Source of the DNA: a virus
Lineage: Duplodnaviria; Caudoviricetes
DNA length: 36,122 bases
Direction: 5' to 3' (one strand)
Virus record (IMG/VR): IMGVR_UViG_3300020403_000037
Location: 1 to 36,122 of that record
Shown here: piece after piece, positions 9,801-16,839 of the stretch
Numbering within the stretch: position 1 is the first letter of the stretch
How the letters are laid out: each line of letters starts with the position of its first letter
The notes under the pieces: generated by a model
What the model was told of the DNA's origin: nothing
What the model saw: only the letters and a program-made list of their open reading frames with translations
The model's database searches: none
Position numbers and translations under genes: made by a program

Positions 9801-11663
9801 TTATACAATGCAAATAGTGGAATTAGTACAATTTACTATGATACAGATTCCAGAAGTGCTTCTGGTCCAATTTCTAAAGTAAAACTGAATTTTGGAGGAA
9901 GAGGATATAAGATTCCACCTAGAATCTCTGATGTTTCCTCAAGTAAAGGTATCAATGCTATATTAAAATCAGCATCAACACAAATTGGTAAAATTGACTT
10001 CGTTGAGAGAGTAAAGGATGGATTTGATTATCCAACTGATCCTACTTTGAAACCAGTTCTAAGTACCCCAACAGTTGCTCAAGTTAAGGATATTGCTAGA
10101 GTAAAGAGCATTGGGATTACTACTGGTGGTAGTGGATATAATAATGCACCAAAACTAAAAGTTCTTGGTAATGATGACATTGTTCTTGATGCAAAAATCC
10201 AAGGTGGATCCGTAGTTAGTGTTGACATTTTAGAGAATGTAACTAACTTGACTGCACCATTGAAAGTAATTCCAACAAGGAATTCAAATGGATTCGACAT
10301 TGATGATATTGTTTATGACAGTATTAACAACACTGTTACTTTGGAACTTGTCAATTCAGACAATCAAGTATTCCCACTTATTCCAACTGCAAATGGTTCT
10401 TCAATTATCGACTTCCCATTTGATATTGGGGATGAGATTTTTGTCGAAAATACTAGAATTAGTGATGCATCCACCAAGAACGGATACAACTCTTCAGACT
10501 ATGGGTATAGATTCTTTGTAGTAACTGGTATTAGCACAGTTAACTTCACTGTGACATACAGTATGGAAAATATTGGTGATAATCTAGGTGAATATAATAC
10601 AGATAATAACTTTGGATTCGTAGTCAATAAGAAGAAGTTAGCAGTCTTTGATATGAAGATTGCTGATGACTTAGCATATCTTTCTGGTGAAAACGTTATT
10701 GGATATGATTCAAACAATGTAGCAGTATTCTCTGCTGTTGTTATGGAAAGTGGTTGGAACAATCGTATCAACCAACTAAGACTGTTCAACTCAAAAGGTA
10801 ATCTAGAACCAGGCAATAAACTTCTTGGAACTAGGTCTAGACTATTTGGAACTATTGAAAATTCAAACACATTCAATCTCAATTCCGAATTAGAAGTATC
10901 TAGAGAAAAGATAAATGATTTCCAAGATAGAACTGGATATCTCAATGACTATCAGCAGAGAATTGCTGACAATAATTACTTCCAAAAGTTTGCATATTCA
11001 ATTAAATCACAGATTCCATATGATGATTGGAAAGAACCAGTAAGGTCTCTTGTCCATCCAGCAGGATTTAAAGAATTTGCTGATATGGATGTTATTGGAA
11101 AAGCATCCAATAACATGAAAGTTGGTGTAGGTGACTCTTCTCTCAATATATCAATAAGCATTGATAATACTGCATCAATGTATGGTAGATATAACTTCAG
11201 CATGGCATTTGAAGATGAAGCTCTGCCAGATGGTTCTATAGAAAGAGTATTTTTCCCAGAAGGGGTAAACCTAACTTCATTCATTCTAAGTAGAACAAAT
11301 AAAGTAATTATTGTTGATGATGTAAGTGACCAGTTCACTGGTATTACTAGCACTATTGGTGGAAATGTAATTGGTATTACTACCTTTGCATTAGAAAATG
11401 AAGGATTCCCACTTTTCTACAGAAGGTTTAACTCGGATGACTCCGTAATCGTCAATCTTGATACCGACACCTTCAAGTTGGAACAGCACAATTTCCAGTC
11501 TGGTCAAAGATTAATTTATGATGTTGATAAGACAGATGCTGCACCAAATGCAGTTGCAGAAAATACAGTTCCAGTTGGATTTAGTTATCCTGCACTATCT
11601 GACACATTTGACAACCCAACGACCTCATTCGATAGTAGCTCTATAACATTTGACACTAACTGA
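3834..11663 (+). CDS. g7: giant baseplate wedge initiator, gp7-like (N-terminal part)
   Basis: 2609 aa between g6 and g8. It has IESQIPEF, FYTSKGT..SYKILFYALF and LVHPAGF (gp7 core motifs), about 8 HxFxxGxxxxY modules, GxGY repeats and YHYH-like segments. Confidence 0.8.
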   Translation: MSDLNRVKVQHIIESQIPEFLNVESPLFREFLERYYISLEHPTGAVDLAANLPGLKDLKTYNNERFLSSVVPSLLTKELYAFDTTVNVSHTIGFPERNGLVKIDNEIIYYGHKTATSFEECARGFSGIDAIKLNTNSSLLNFTSSQSDFHDTGSQVGNLSLVFYEELFVKFKSQFLPGFENRNFLSNLKIGNILARAVDFYTSKGTDQSYKILFYALFGEHIDLIKPQEFILRPSDDNYFTTQNVLLEKVNGSDPLLLKGKTLFQDNITVQGTSGAIYSVEFRPIDDRDLYEVYLDSTSITTEFKSTKKTNLTRAAASSDKILYVDSTVGFPESGSLYAKLPNDIYTTISYSGKTNNQLLNITNLNNELVEGTEVFETNFVYAFDDNGSKVEFRLINVIGAVDASESSSLVVGDKINLSSFGAELGDVPEFSSWLYNTKTNHQIKSISLSGSSTGNVYRVELFDNVQFYLGQELLLFNPDKVSDTKVSCEVDSIISKNIIEVSCNTNVLDKTQLRKIIITGKSDNNHTPSVVNIPVGVQNSYISKDNKNFYVAASGMPNYTLYAKSRTLTAETALGVGKTDILETDTVHKFFTGEQIYYNPQDDSPIREGIYYITCVGAIKDSKRVKLSLSKSDLYSGKYLEFEDVLDDTFVKLDYENKTVENQRLLKKFNLIKGDSSLKQVASRSTNNRQIGMLINGVELYSPTLFDENVYYGKIEEIIVTNSGSGYDVINPPELEIKDVAGKNAKGYLNLTGSLDSVKIITPGIGYASKPKITLVGGNGVGAVVEPNLVKQRIESGFKGDGSGVNPVTNTITFSENHTFDDGEVVSYNANTNAEITPLKSNSNYFVGVVGPKEIKLFESEVNAFNKTNEINLSGISSGFHSFKTLKAKTTITDLYVKNGGSGYSNKIVRIPSIIAFDGTTNGVNTFDDYIYAHNHSFKDRDILRYSTTNTSIGGLSTTTEYMVTVVDSDKFRLSELGTGVEQIDVNFTNRRYVGLSSLGIGTHTFSYPPIRLEVESLSGIGATTVIRPQFEPIILGSIESVFLENSGVGYGVSNIVNFHRRPDIQIKNIDSEALLRPIVVNGSIVDIQFLTFGSGYDKGIDVVVSGRGSYADIRPVVENGRIVAVNIANGGIGYSSEDTEIKIIRRGIDGRFLGNVTEWKINQYEKNKEVLKTDDEGVIAPSKNKNLGLQLVNFNTPKIIRRTLDDHIDSSNREDANNVHSPIVGFAYDGNPIYGPYGQVGSDFRRIRSSYAKRIEPNTLLRPPGFPDGFFTQDYYYDKAIGDLDEHNGRYCKTPEFPDGVYAYFSTIDNNAISNPEYPYLVGEEFRDYVITENYASTFNQDSTIETLDVTRNIGPYYINSQFSSYDLISNTDEKYLQEFTVTKTLSSGIDSVQIYSPGEGYKVKDNVEFDNTGTDGSGASAAVSRIRGKDVSKIEVGISSALGVNFVTSGKNVIGIAQTPHGLVTGERIQISAISDANFSFINGIKKIIVPQKTVGLSSDVDQQVITGNVTDIIVNDVNGFEIDDFIDLGGETLKILQIDPKESTFRVHRISNTGIHTEGDSVKLLPTKFYFAEQKINKGIKPNEIVYFPSKTLVGYGSDGSDYAQNNGSNIHVAPRSLFIKEHNFFTGQELKYNIGVDGGGLLVSNDANPSNAFSLTDGQTVYAVNLGNDFVGLSTLGYTTSTGIGTNQNSLFFYDDNTVAGAAHSLATNYGRVSGKVESFNLNVTTIEPHELTSGDEIKFNLLPLLTNTYQIRYDTVIRKMTTEVVDFDGVTDVDSTGNEIHFADHNFKTGDKIAYYANGNPLVGGLEDRKTYYVIKENPDKIKLAQYYTDAIAGKEIDLTSNSTGTHGIALINPPLIGTKGNKLRFDLSDSSLSGMDLKLYKDSDLLIEIESYRFTRNTINAGSPNAALTIDTTDKNITNTLFYALVPFAANVIEKTQISVDTEVVGNNKITLNPSIYNNRYPIASVGSTTFRFNLRDKPEYFLYNANSGISTIYYDTDSRSASGPISKVKLNFGGRGYKIPPRISDVSSSKGINAILKSASTQIGKIDFVERVKDGFDYPTDPTLKPVLSTPTVAQVKDIARVKSIGITTGGSGYNNAPKLKVLGNDDIVLDAKIQGGSVVSVDILENVTNLTAPLKVIPTRNSNGFDIDDIVYDSINNTVTLELVNSDNQVFPLIPTANGSSIIDFPFDIGDEIFVENTRISDASTKNGYNSSDYGYRFFVVTGISTVNFTVTYSMENIGDNLGEYNTDNNFGFVVNKKKLAVFDMKIADDLAYLSGENVIGYDSNNVAVFSAVVMESGWNNRINQLRLFNSKGNLEPGNKLLGTRSRLFGTIENSNTFNLNSELEVSREKINDFQDRTGYLNDYQQRIADNNYFQKFAYSIKSQIPYDDWKEPVRSLVHPAGFKEFADMDVIGKASNNMKVGVGDSSLNISISIDNTASMYGRYNFSMAFEDEALPDGSIERVFFPEGVNLTSFILSRTNKVIIVDDVSDQFTGITSTIGGNVIGITTFALENEGFPLFYRRFNSDDSVIVNLDTDTFKLEQHNFQSGQRLIYDVDKTDAAPNAVAENTVPVGFSYPALSDTFDNPTTSFDSSSITFDTN

Positions 11664-11666
11664 TGC

Positions 11667-11674
11667 CATAAATA
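11667..11674 (+). promoter_or_regulatory. late promoter NATAAATA
   Basis: CATAAATA in the 32-nt gap, 21 nt before ATG11696. Confidence 0.75.
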
Positions 11675-11695
11675 AAAATAAATGTTTATCGTGTA

Positions 11696-14599
11696 ATGGC
11701 GAAATTAGGGATAAGTACTGGTTCTGCACCGAACGATGGATTAGGTGATTCACTACTGTCTGGTGCTATTAAAATTAATAGCAATTTTGATGAAATTTAC
11801 TCTGCTCTCGGTAGTGGAACCACAATAACCAACTCTATTGCATTTGCAAGCACTGCTGGATTCTCCACAGTTGCTGGATATGCAACTTCTGCTGGTATAT
11901 CATCGTCTGCTACTATCGCAGGATTCACTACTTATTCTGCTGTTGCTGGTGTTGCTAGTGCAACTAATTATGCAAATACTTCTGGTATATCCACAGTTGC
12001 ATTATTTGCAGAAAATCTAACTGGAACTCCTAACACTACAGTTGGAATCATCACTGCAGCAAGGTATCTTGGTCCTGGTGGATACTTAACTGGTATTGTA
12101 ACCAGTATTCTTGCGGGTGCAAACGTATCAGTTTCACAGACTGGTGGTAGAGTAACCATCAATTCTACTGCACAGGAAGCAATTTCAACCCAGTGGACAA
12201 CAATTGTTTCTGGTATTGTCACTTCCTCGAATGTTGGTATTGGAACCAATACCACAACCTCATTGCTTGATGTCCATGGGGGGACATTGACTGTAAGGGG
12301 TGGAAACGGTGCTGTCAGTCTGCAGGATGGTGTTAGACTCAATATGGGTTCTGGTGGTCAATCTGACGCATCAATCTACTATGACGCAGTAGATTTGAGG
12401 ATTGATACCAGTTCTTCTATCAGAATTGGTGACGGTAATAATAACGTATTCTCTGCAGTAGCAGGTGAAGGTTCTATTCTCTATTACAATGGTGATAGAA
12501 AACTAAGAACTTTAGATACAGGTGTAGATATTCTCGGAAATCTTGGTGTTTCTGGTATTCTGACAGCAACAGATATAGTAGTAAGTGGAGTCCACAGTGC
12601 TACTTCATACCTTGGTAATGCCTCTGGATTGACTGGTATTGTTACATCACTGGTCGGTGGTGCTAACGTTACCCTATCCAATTCAACTGGTGAGATTACG
12701 ATTGATGTTGACTCTGACTCAGTATGGCAGTCAAGAGCACTTGGAGTAACCACTACAGGTAAAGTTGGTATTGGTACTACTGCCATTACAGCACAACTTA
12801 CTGTCAAGGGTGTAGGTGATTTTGACGGTGGTTTAAACGTAGTTTCTGGAGTCGCAACAGTTACACCAGGACACATCGACATTCCTGCAAGTAGTAATAT
12901 CAAGATTGGTAATACTGCTGCTGGAAGTGGATCTGGTAGAAATATTGGTGTTGGTGACCAAGCAATATTCAATCTTTCTGGTGGACAAGGACACAACATT
13001 GCTATCGGTGAGTTTGCTCTTAATTCAACAACAACTGGTCAGTACAACTACGTCTTTGGTGATAGAGCAGGACAAAACATTACCTCTGGAAGTTATAATG
13101 TCATTTTAGGTTCACATAATGGCAATCTAAATGATATAGACATCAGAACTTCATCCAACAATGTCATCATTTCTGATGGTCTTGGAAATGTAAAACTCTG
13201 GGCAGATAGTTCTGGTAATGTTGCAATTGGAACCGCAAGTGCTTCTGAAAAACTTCAGGTTGAAGGAACAGTCAAAGCAACTGCTTTTGATGGTACTCTC
13301 CAGTCATCACAACTAACTGGTGCTCTCCCAGCACTGGATGGAAGCAGTCTGCTTAACGTCACAGCAGTTGGAACTGGTGTTGAGATTCAAGGTTTTGGAG
13401 TTACTGTAGGTACTGCTTCTACAGTCAACTTTACTGATAACCTTGATGTTTCGTTCTTCCAAGGAACTGCTACTGTTGCTGGTGCAAGTTCTGTATCTGC
13501 AGCAACAACTGCTTACGCACTTGCGGGAACTCCAGATATCACTGTCGGAAGTGTTACTGCTAATGATGAGATAAAGACTACCGATTCTGGTCTTAATCAA
13601 AGTGCATTGTTAACAAATAGCAGTTCTGTAAAAAATGATCCAGAATTAACTTTATATTCAAATAACGCAAATCAATTCCAAGGTCCAAGAGTTGAACTTC
13701 TAAACTCATCTAATGGAACTCAGATAGTACATTTAAATAATAGTGTTCCTTTTGGTGGTGGACAATATTTTGCCGTAGAAAAAACCACTAGTGATGGCAC
13801 TTTTGTGCAACAGATGGCAATCTACTCATATCTAAATGATGAGTGGGTATTTAAAACTGGTTCTGGTGAGGTTGATGGTCTCAGTATCAACAATGGACAG
13901 GTTGGTATTGGAACAACCACTATTACTAGCACTTTAACTGTTGCTGGTGATGCAAGTATTGATGGTACAGTAACTGCAACAACCTTCTCTGGATCTGGTG
14001 CAAGTTTAACTAACCTACCATCATCACAACTGTCGGGTGCTCTACCAGCACTAGATGGTTCTGCACTAACTGGTGTTATTGCATCTGGTACTGGTATTGA
14101 AATTAAGGATGATAACAGCATTGTTGGTTCTGCTGGAACCATCAATTTTGGTACTGGTTTAGATGTCTCACCAGTATCTGCAGGTGTTGTAACTGTTACT
14201 TCATCTGGTGGTTCACTGAAGTCCAGAACTGTAGTTTCTGCATCAACAACATCTATTGCTGATGATGCAGTTGGATTCGCATCAGTAACTGCATTCAAGT
14301 CATATGCCATCATGAAAGTTGGTCTATCAACTGAGGCTTGGATTAGACTATATACAGATAGCACATCAAGAAATAATGATGTTAATAGAGGTATTGGGGA
14401 AGACCCAACACCTGGAAGTGGTGTGATTGCTGAAGTTGTAACTACTGGTATCTCAACACAGCAGATGATTACTCCTTTTGCTATGGGTGGAAATATGGAT
14501 GACCCTGTTTCCGATACATTATATGTTTCTATCAAAAACTTGTCAGGTAGTACACAATCCATTACAGCAAACCTCACCATTCTTCAACTGGAGGCATAA
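11696..14599 (+). CDS. tail fibre/spike with a T4 gp9/gp10-like N-terminal attachment domain
   Basis: 967 aa. The N-terminus ISTGSAPNDGLGDSLLSGAIKINSNFDEIY resembles T4 gp9/gp10 N-termini. It is G/S/T-rich, with VGIGT modules and about 5 NxxxG beta-roll repeats. Confidence 0.8.
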   Translation: MAKLGISTGSAPNDGLGDSLLSGAIKINSNFDEIYSALGSGTTITNSIAFASTAGFSTVAGYATSAGISSSATIAGFTTYSAVAGVASATNYANTSGISTVALFAENLTGTPNTTVGIITAARYLGPGGYLTGIVTSILAGANVSVSQTGGRVTINSTAQEAISTQWTTIVSGIVTSSNVGIGTNTTTSLLDVHGGTLTVRGGNGAVSLQDGVRLNMGSGGQSDASIYYDAVDLRIDTSSSIRIGDGNNNVFSAVAGEGSILYYNGDRKLRTLDTGVDILGNLGVSGILTATDIVVSGVHSATSYLGNASGLTGIVTSLVGGANVTLSNSTGEITIDVDSDSVWQSRALGVTTTGKVGIGTTAITAQLTVKGVGDFDGGLNVVSGVATVTPGHIDIPASSNIKIGNTAAGSGSGRNIGVGDQAIFNLSGGQGHNIAIGEFALNSTTTGQYNYVFGDRAGQNITSGSYNVILGSHNGNLNDIDIRTSSNNVIISDGLGNVKLWADSSGNVAIGTASASEKLQVEGTVKATAFDGTLQSSQLTGALPALDGSSLLNVTAVGTGVEIQGFGVTVGTASTVNFTDNLDVSFFQGTATVAGASSVSAATTAYALAGTPDITVGSVTANDEIKTTDSGLNQSALLTNSSSVKNDPELTLYSNNANQFQGPRVELLNSSNGTQIVHLNNSVPFGGGQYFAVEKTTSDGTFVQQMAIYSYLNDEWVFKTGSGEVDGLSINNGQVGIGTTTITSTLTVAGDASIDGTVTATTFSGSGASLTNLPSSQLSGALPALDGSALTGVIASGTGIEIKDDNSIVGSAGTINFGTGLDVSPVSAGVVTVTSSGGSLKSRTVVSASTTSIADDAVGFASVTAFKSYAIMKVGLSTEAWIRLYTDSTSRNNDVNRGIGEDPTPGSGVIAEVVTTGISTQQMITPFAMGGNMDDPVSDTLYVSIKNLSGSTQSITANLTILQLEA
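13304..14058 (+). repeat. imperfect 38-nt direct repeat within the fibre gene (13304-13341 and 14021-14058)
   Basis: 33/38 nt identical. The copies encode SSQL(T/S)GALPALDG and are 717 nt (239 codons) apart. Confidence 0.85.
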
Positions 14600-14606
14600 T
14601 TAAAAA

Positions 14607-16571
14607 ATGGCAATTACAAAGTATACAGTCGGTCTTAATACTTCAGATGCTGGTCCTGATTGGACTAATCGAGACCTATACTACCAGATGGAGAAGGCAC
14701 TTGGTTGGTTGGGTTGGCATGGACCATCAGAGCAAGGTCTAGTAGCTGGAATCACCACATTTATTGGTCTTCCAAATAACTTATCAGAAGATTATGGAAC
14801 TAGTTGGGAGTACTTTTTTGATGTAAAACCAATTGCAACAACTGGAATTGGAACTGGAGCAAGTTTTAGACTAGATTTCTTCAATAGAGAGTTTAAAAAT
14901 ATTAGAGTCAATAGAGTTGGGCATGGATACACTGGTGGTGAAATTCTTACTCTAAATGGTGATGATTTTGGTGGACTTGCAAATGGTCAGGTAAACTTCC
15001 AAGTAAAAATACACACAGAAGATACTGTAGACCCAGGAATTGCACAAACAGTATCTATTGCATTTACTGGTCATTATCATGCAGGTGGAACAGATAGAGT
15101 TGGATTAGTAACTGGTCAAGCAGCAGCAATCCATATTCAAGAAGGTGATACATTAAAGATTTACAATAATCAAGATTCAAATGCCTACGATCTTAACATT
15201 ATTGGATTTGGTAAGACTCAAGGTGATACCCCCTCTAATGACAACTATGTATGGAATGTAAAGAATGCTAATGCTTCAGTTGGTGGAACAATAACTTGGA
15301 CTCCACTAGTTGGTCAGGCAGGAAGTTATTGGGTCACAGATGACAGTGCTGATACTTATGCAAATCTCGTTCCACACATTTTTGTAAGTCCAGCACCATC
15401 AACGGGTATTATTACAGCAACATTTGGAACTGATACTCAGAATTGGCATGATTCACTCCTAACTAGAACTGATACTCAGAATGTTGGTATATTAAAATTA
15501 GTTATTGATAACTCTAAGTATTACGGAACAGTTTATAGAAGTTTCAACTTTGATTCATCCAATAACCTTTATATTGGTGCTTCTGCTGCATATGTTCCAT
15601 TTAATACGGAAAATTATACAAGTGATACCCAAGGACCAGAGTACCTACCAGGGTCTACTATTGATGATAGAATGGGATTCTATACACATGGAAAGAGATT
15701 TGCTGGAGCACCTAGATTAGATGTTCCATATAATCCATTTGAGACTACTCATTCCTTTGAGAATCAGTGGAATGGATACAGTTCGGCAAATAGAGAACAC
15801 GGACATACAACTTCTATTAAAACTGGTAACCAAGTAGGATATCAACTAGATTTGAATGTTTACAGGTCTGCTATTGACACTAACTTTGCAGTATTTTCAT
15901 ATAAGAGACCAACTGTCTCGACTACTAGTTTCAGTGGTAGTGTGCATAGGGAGGGAACTTTCGTCATGCATAATTACAACAGCAATGTATTTGATTATGA
16001 CCACGAATTCCTTGGTGGTCTGACCATGATACGTCCTGAAGATTCTGGTAATTCTACAAATCCAGGAATTGAATTTAGAACATATCTTCATGGAAAAATT
16101 GAGTCTTATAGTAGTTGGGGTGGTACATATCGTAAACCATCTATGAGGACTGCAGAAGCAGGATTTAGTGAATTCTACGGTGACCGTTACATTGCTGAAT
16201 ATGTCACTGATACGTATAGAAGTGTTCAGTCAGATTATGGTCTCAATGGTAATGATGTTCGTGTTTATAATAGAGATGTCAGAAAAGACAACCCAAGAAC
16301 TGAAGGATTGTACGGAAGTCTCTTGGATGATGAACTTAACTTTAATGCAGTTATAAAAGGAATGCCAATGAGTAGTAAATTGGTTCCTTGTCCATATTAT
16401 ATGCCAGATGATTTTGCTCTGATTGACTTCAGATACAATCTAGGTGGTGTAAATATTCAACAGGGAGATACAGTTACTATCAGTGGAAGTGAAGTTTATG
16501 AGGTAATTGTTGCATCATATAACCAAAATACAGTAACAAGAGGAATGCTATTCTGTGCGAGGACTGTTTGA
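14607..16571 (+). CDS. putative virion structural protein (fibre-associated)
   Basis: 654 aa starting 7 nt after the fibre gene. It carries a TGxGxGAxF...GxGY module shared with neighbouring structural proteins and ends PCPYYMPDDF...RGMLFCARTV. Confidence 0.65.
   Translation: MAITKYTVGLNTSDAGPDWTNRDLYYQMEKALGWLGWHGPSEQGLVAGITTFIGLPNNLSEDYGTSWEYFFDVKPIATTGIGTGASFRLDFFNREFKNIRVNRVGHGYTGGEILTLNGDDFGGLANGQVNFQVKIHTEDTVDPGIAQTVSIAFTGHYHAGGTDRVGLVTGQAAAIHIQEGDTLKIYNNQDSNAYDLNIIGFGKTQGDTPSNDNYVWNVKNANASVGGTITWTPLVGQAGSYWVTDDSADTYANLVPHIFVSPAPSTGIITATFGTDTQNWHDSLLTRTDTQNVGILKLVIDNSKYYGTVYRSFNFDSSNNLYIGASAAYVPFNTENYTSDTQGPEYLPGSTIDDRMGFYTHGKRFAGAPRLDVPYNPFETTHSFENQWNGYSSANREHGHTTSIKTGNQVGYQLDLNVYRSAIDTNFAVFSYKRPTVSTTSFSGSVHREGTFVMHNYNSNVFDYDHEFLGGLTMIRPEDSGNSTNPGIEFRTYLHGKIESYSSWGGTYRKPSMRTAEAGFSEFYGDRYIAEYVTDTYRSVQSDYGLNGNDVRVYNRDVRKDNPRTEGLYGSLLDDELNFNAVIKGMPMSSKLVPCPYYMPDDFALIDFRYNLGGVNIQQGDTVTISGSEVYEVIVASYNQNTVTRGMLFCARTV
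15427..15482 (+). repeat. perfect 17-nt direct repeat GAACTGATACTCAGAAT
   Basis: Copies at 15427-15443 and 15466-15482, 39 nt apart and in frame. Confidence 0.9.
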
Positions 16572-16816
16572 TGGCTGATTTTACTTTTCTTACACTTACT
16601 ACAGGCATCGATGCATTCGATGAACTAAAGACCACTGCTACGAATGCTGACGTTGGTAAATCGAACATTTCCCGTACCAATGGAACTGTTAGCAAGAGTT
16701 TGTCTTTCAGTGACCCTCTCGTGGTTAATCTACCCAATCAAATAAGACAGTCTCACTTGACTGGAAGAAGACCACATAAAGGTTTACAGTTCCCAAGGGG
16801 AGTATACAACAAATAA
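16571..16816 (+). CDS. small hypothetical protein (81 aa)
   Basis: ATG16571 overlaps the upstream stop (TGATG) and is more likely than TTG16568. Basic C-terminus LTGRRPHKGLQFPRGVYNK. Confidence 0.75.
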   Translation: MADFTFLTLTTGIDAFDELKTTATNADVGKSNISRTNGTVSKSLSFSDPLVVNLPNQIRQSHLTGRRPHKGLQFPRGVYNK

Positions 16817-16839
16817 TTGACTCACACTGAGTAAAACGT

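Noticed and set aside
11655-11700. Stop read-through or frameshift fusing the gp7-like ORF to fibre 1
   Set aside because: The ORFs are in different frames, a second in-frame stop follows shortly, and a late promoter lies in the gap.
13304-14058. Diversity-generating retroelement TR/VR pair
   Set aside because: The repeat is short and in frame within one gene, mismatches are not confined to adenines of one copy, and no reverse transcriptase is present in the window.
15427-15482. Mini-CRISPR array
   Set aside because: There are only two 17-nt copies, in frame inside a CDS, with no leader or cas genes.
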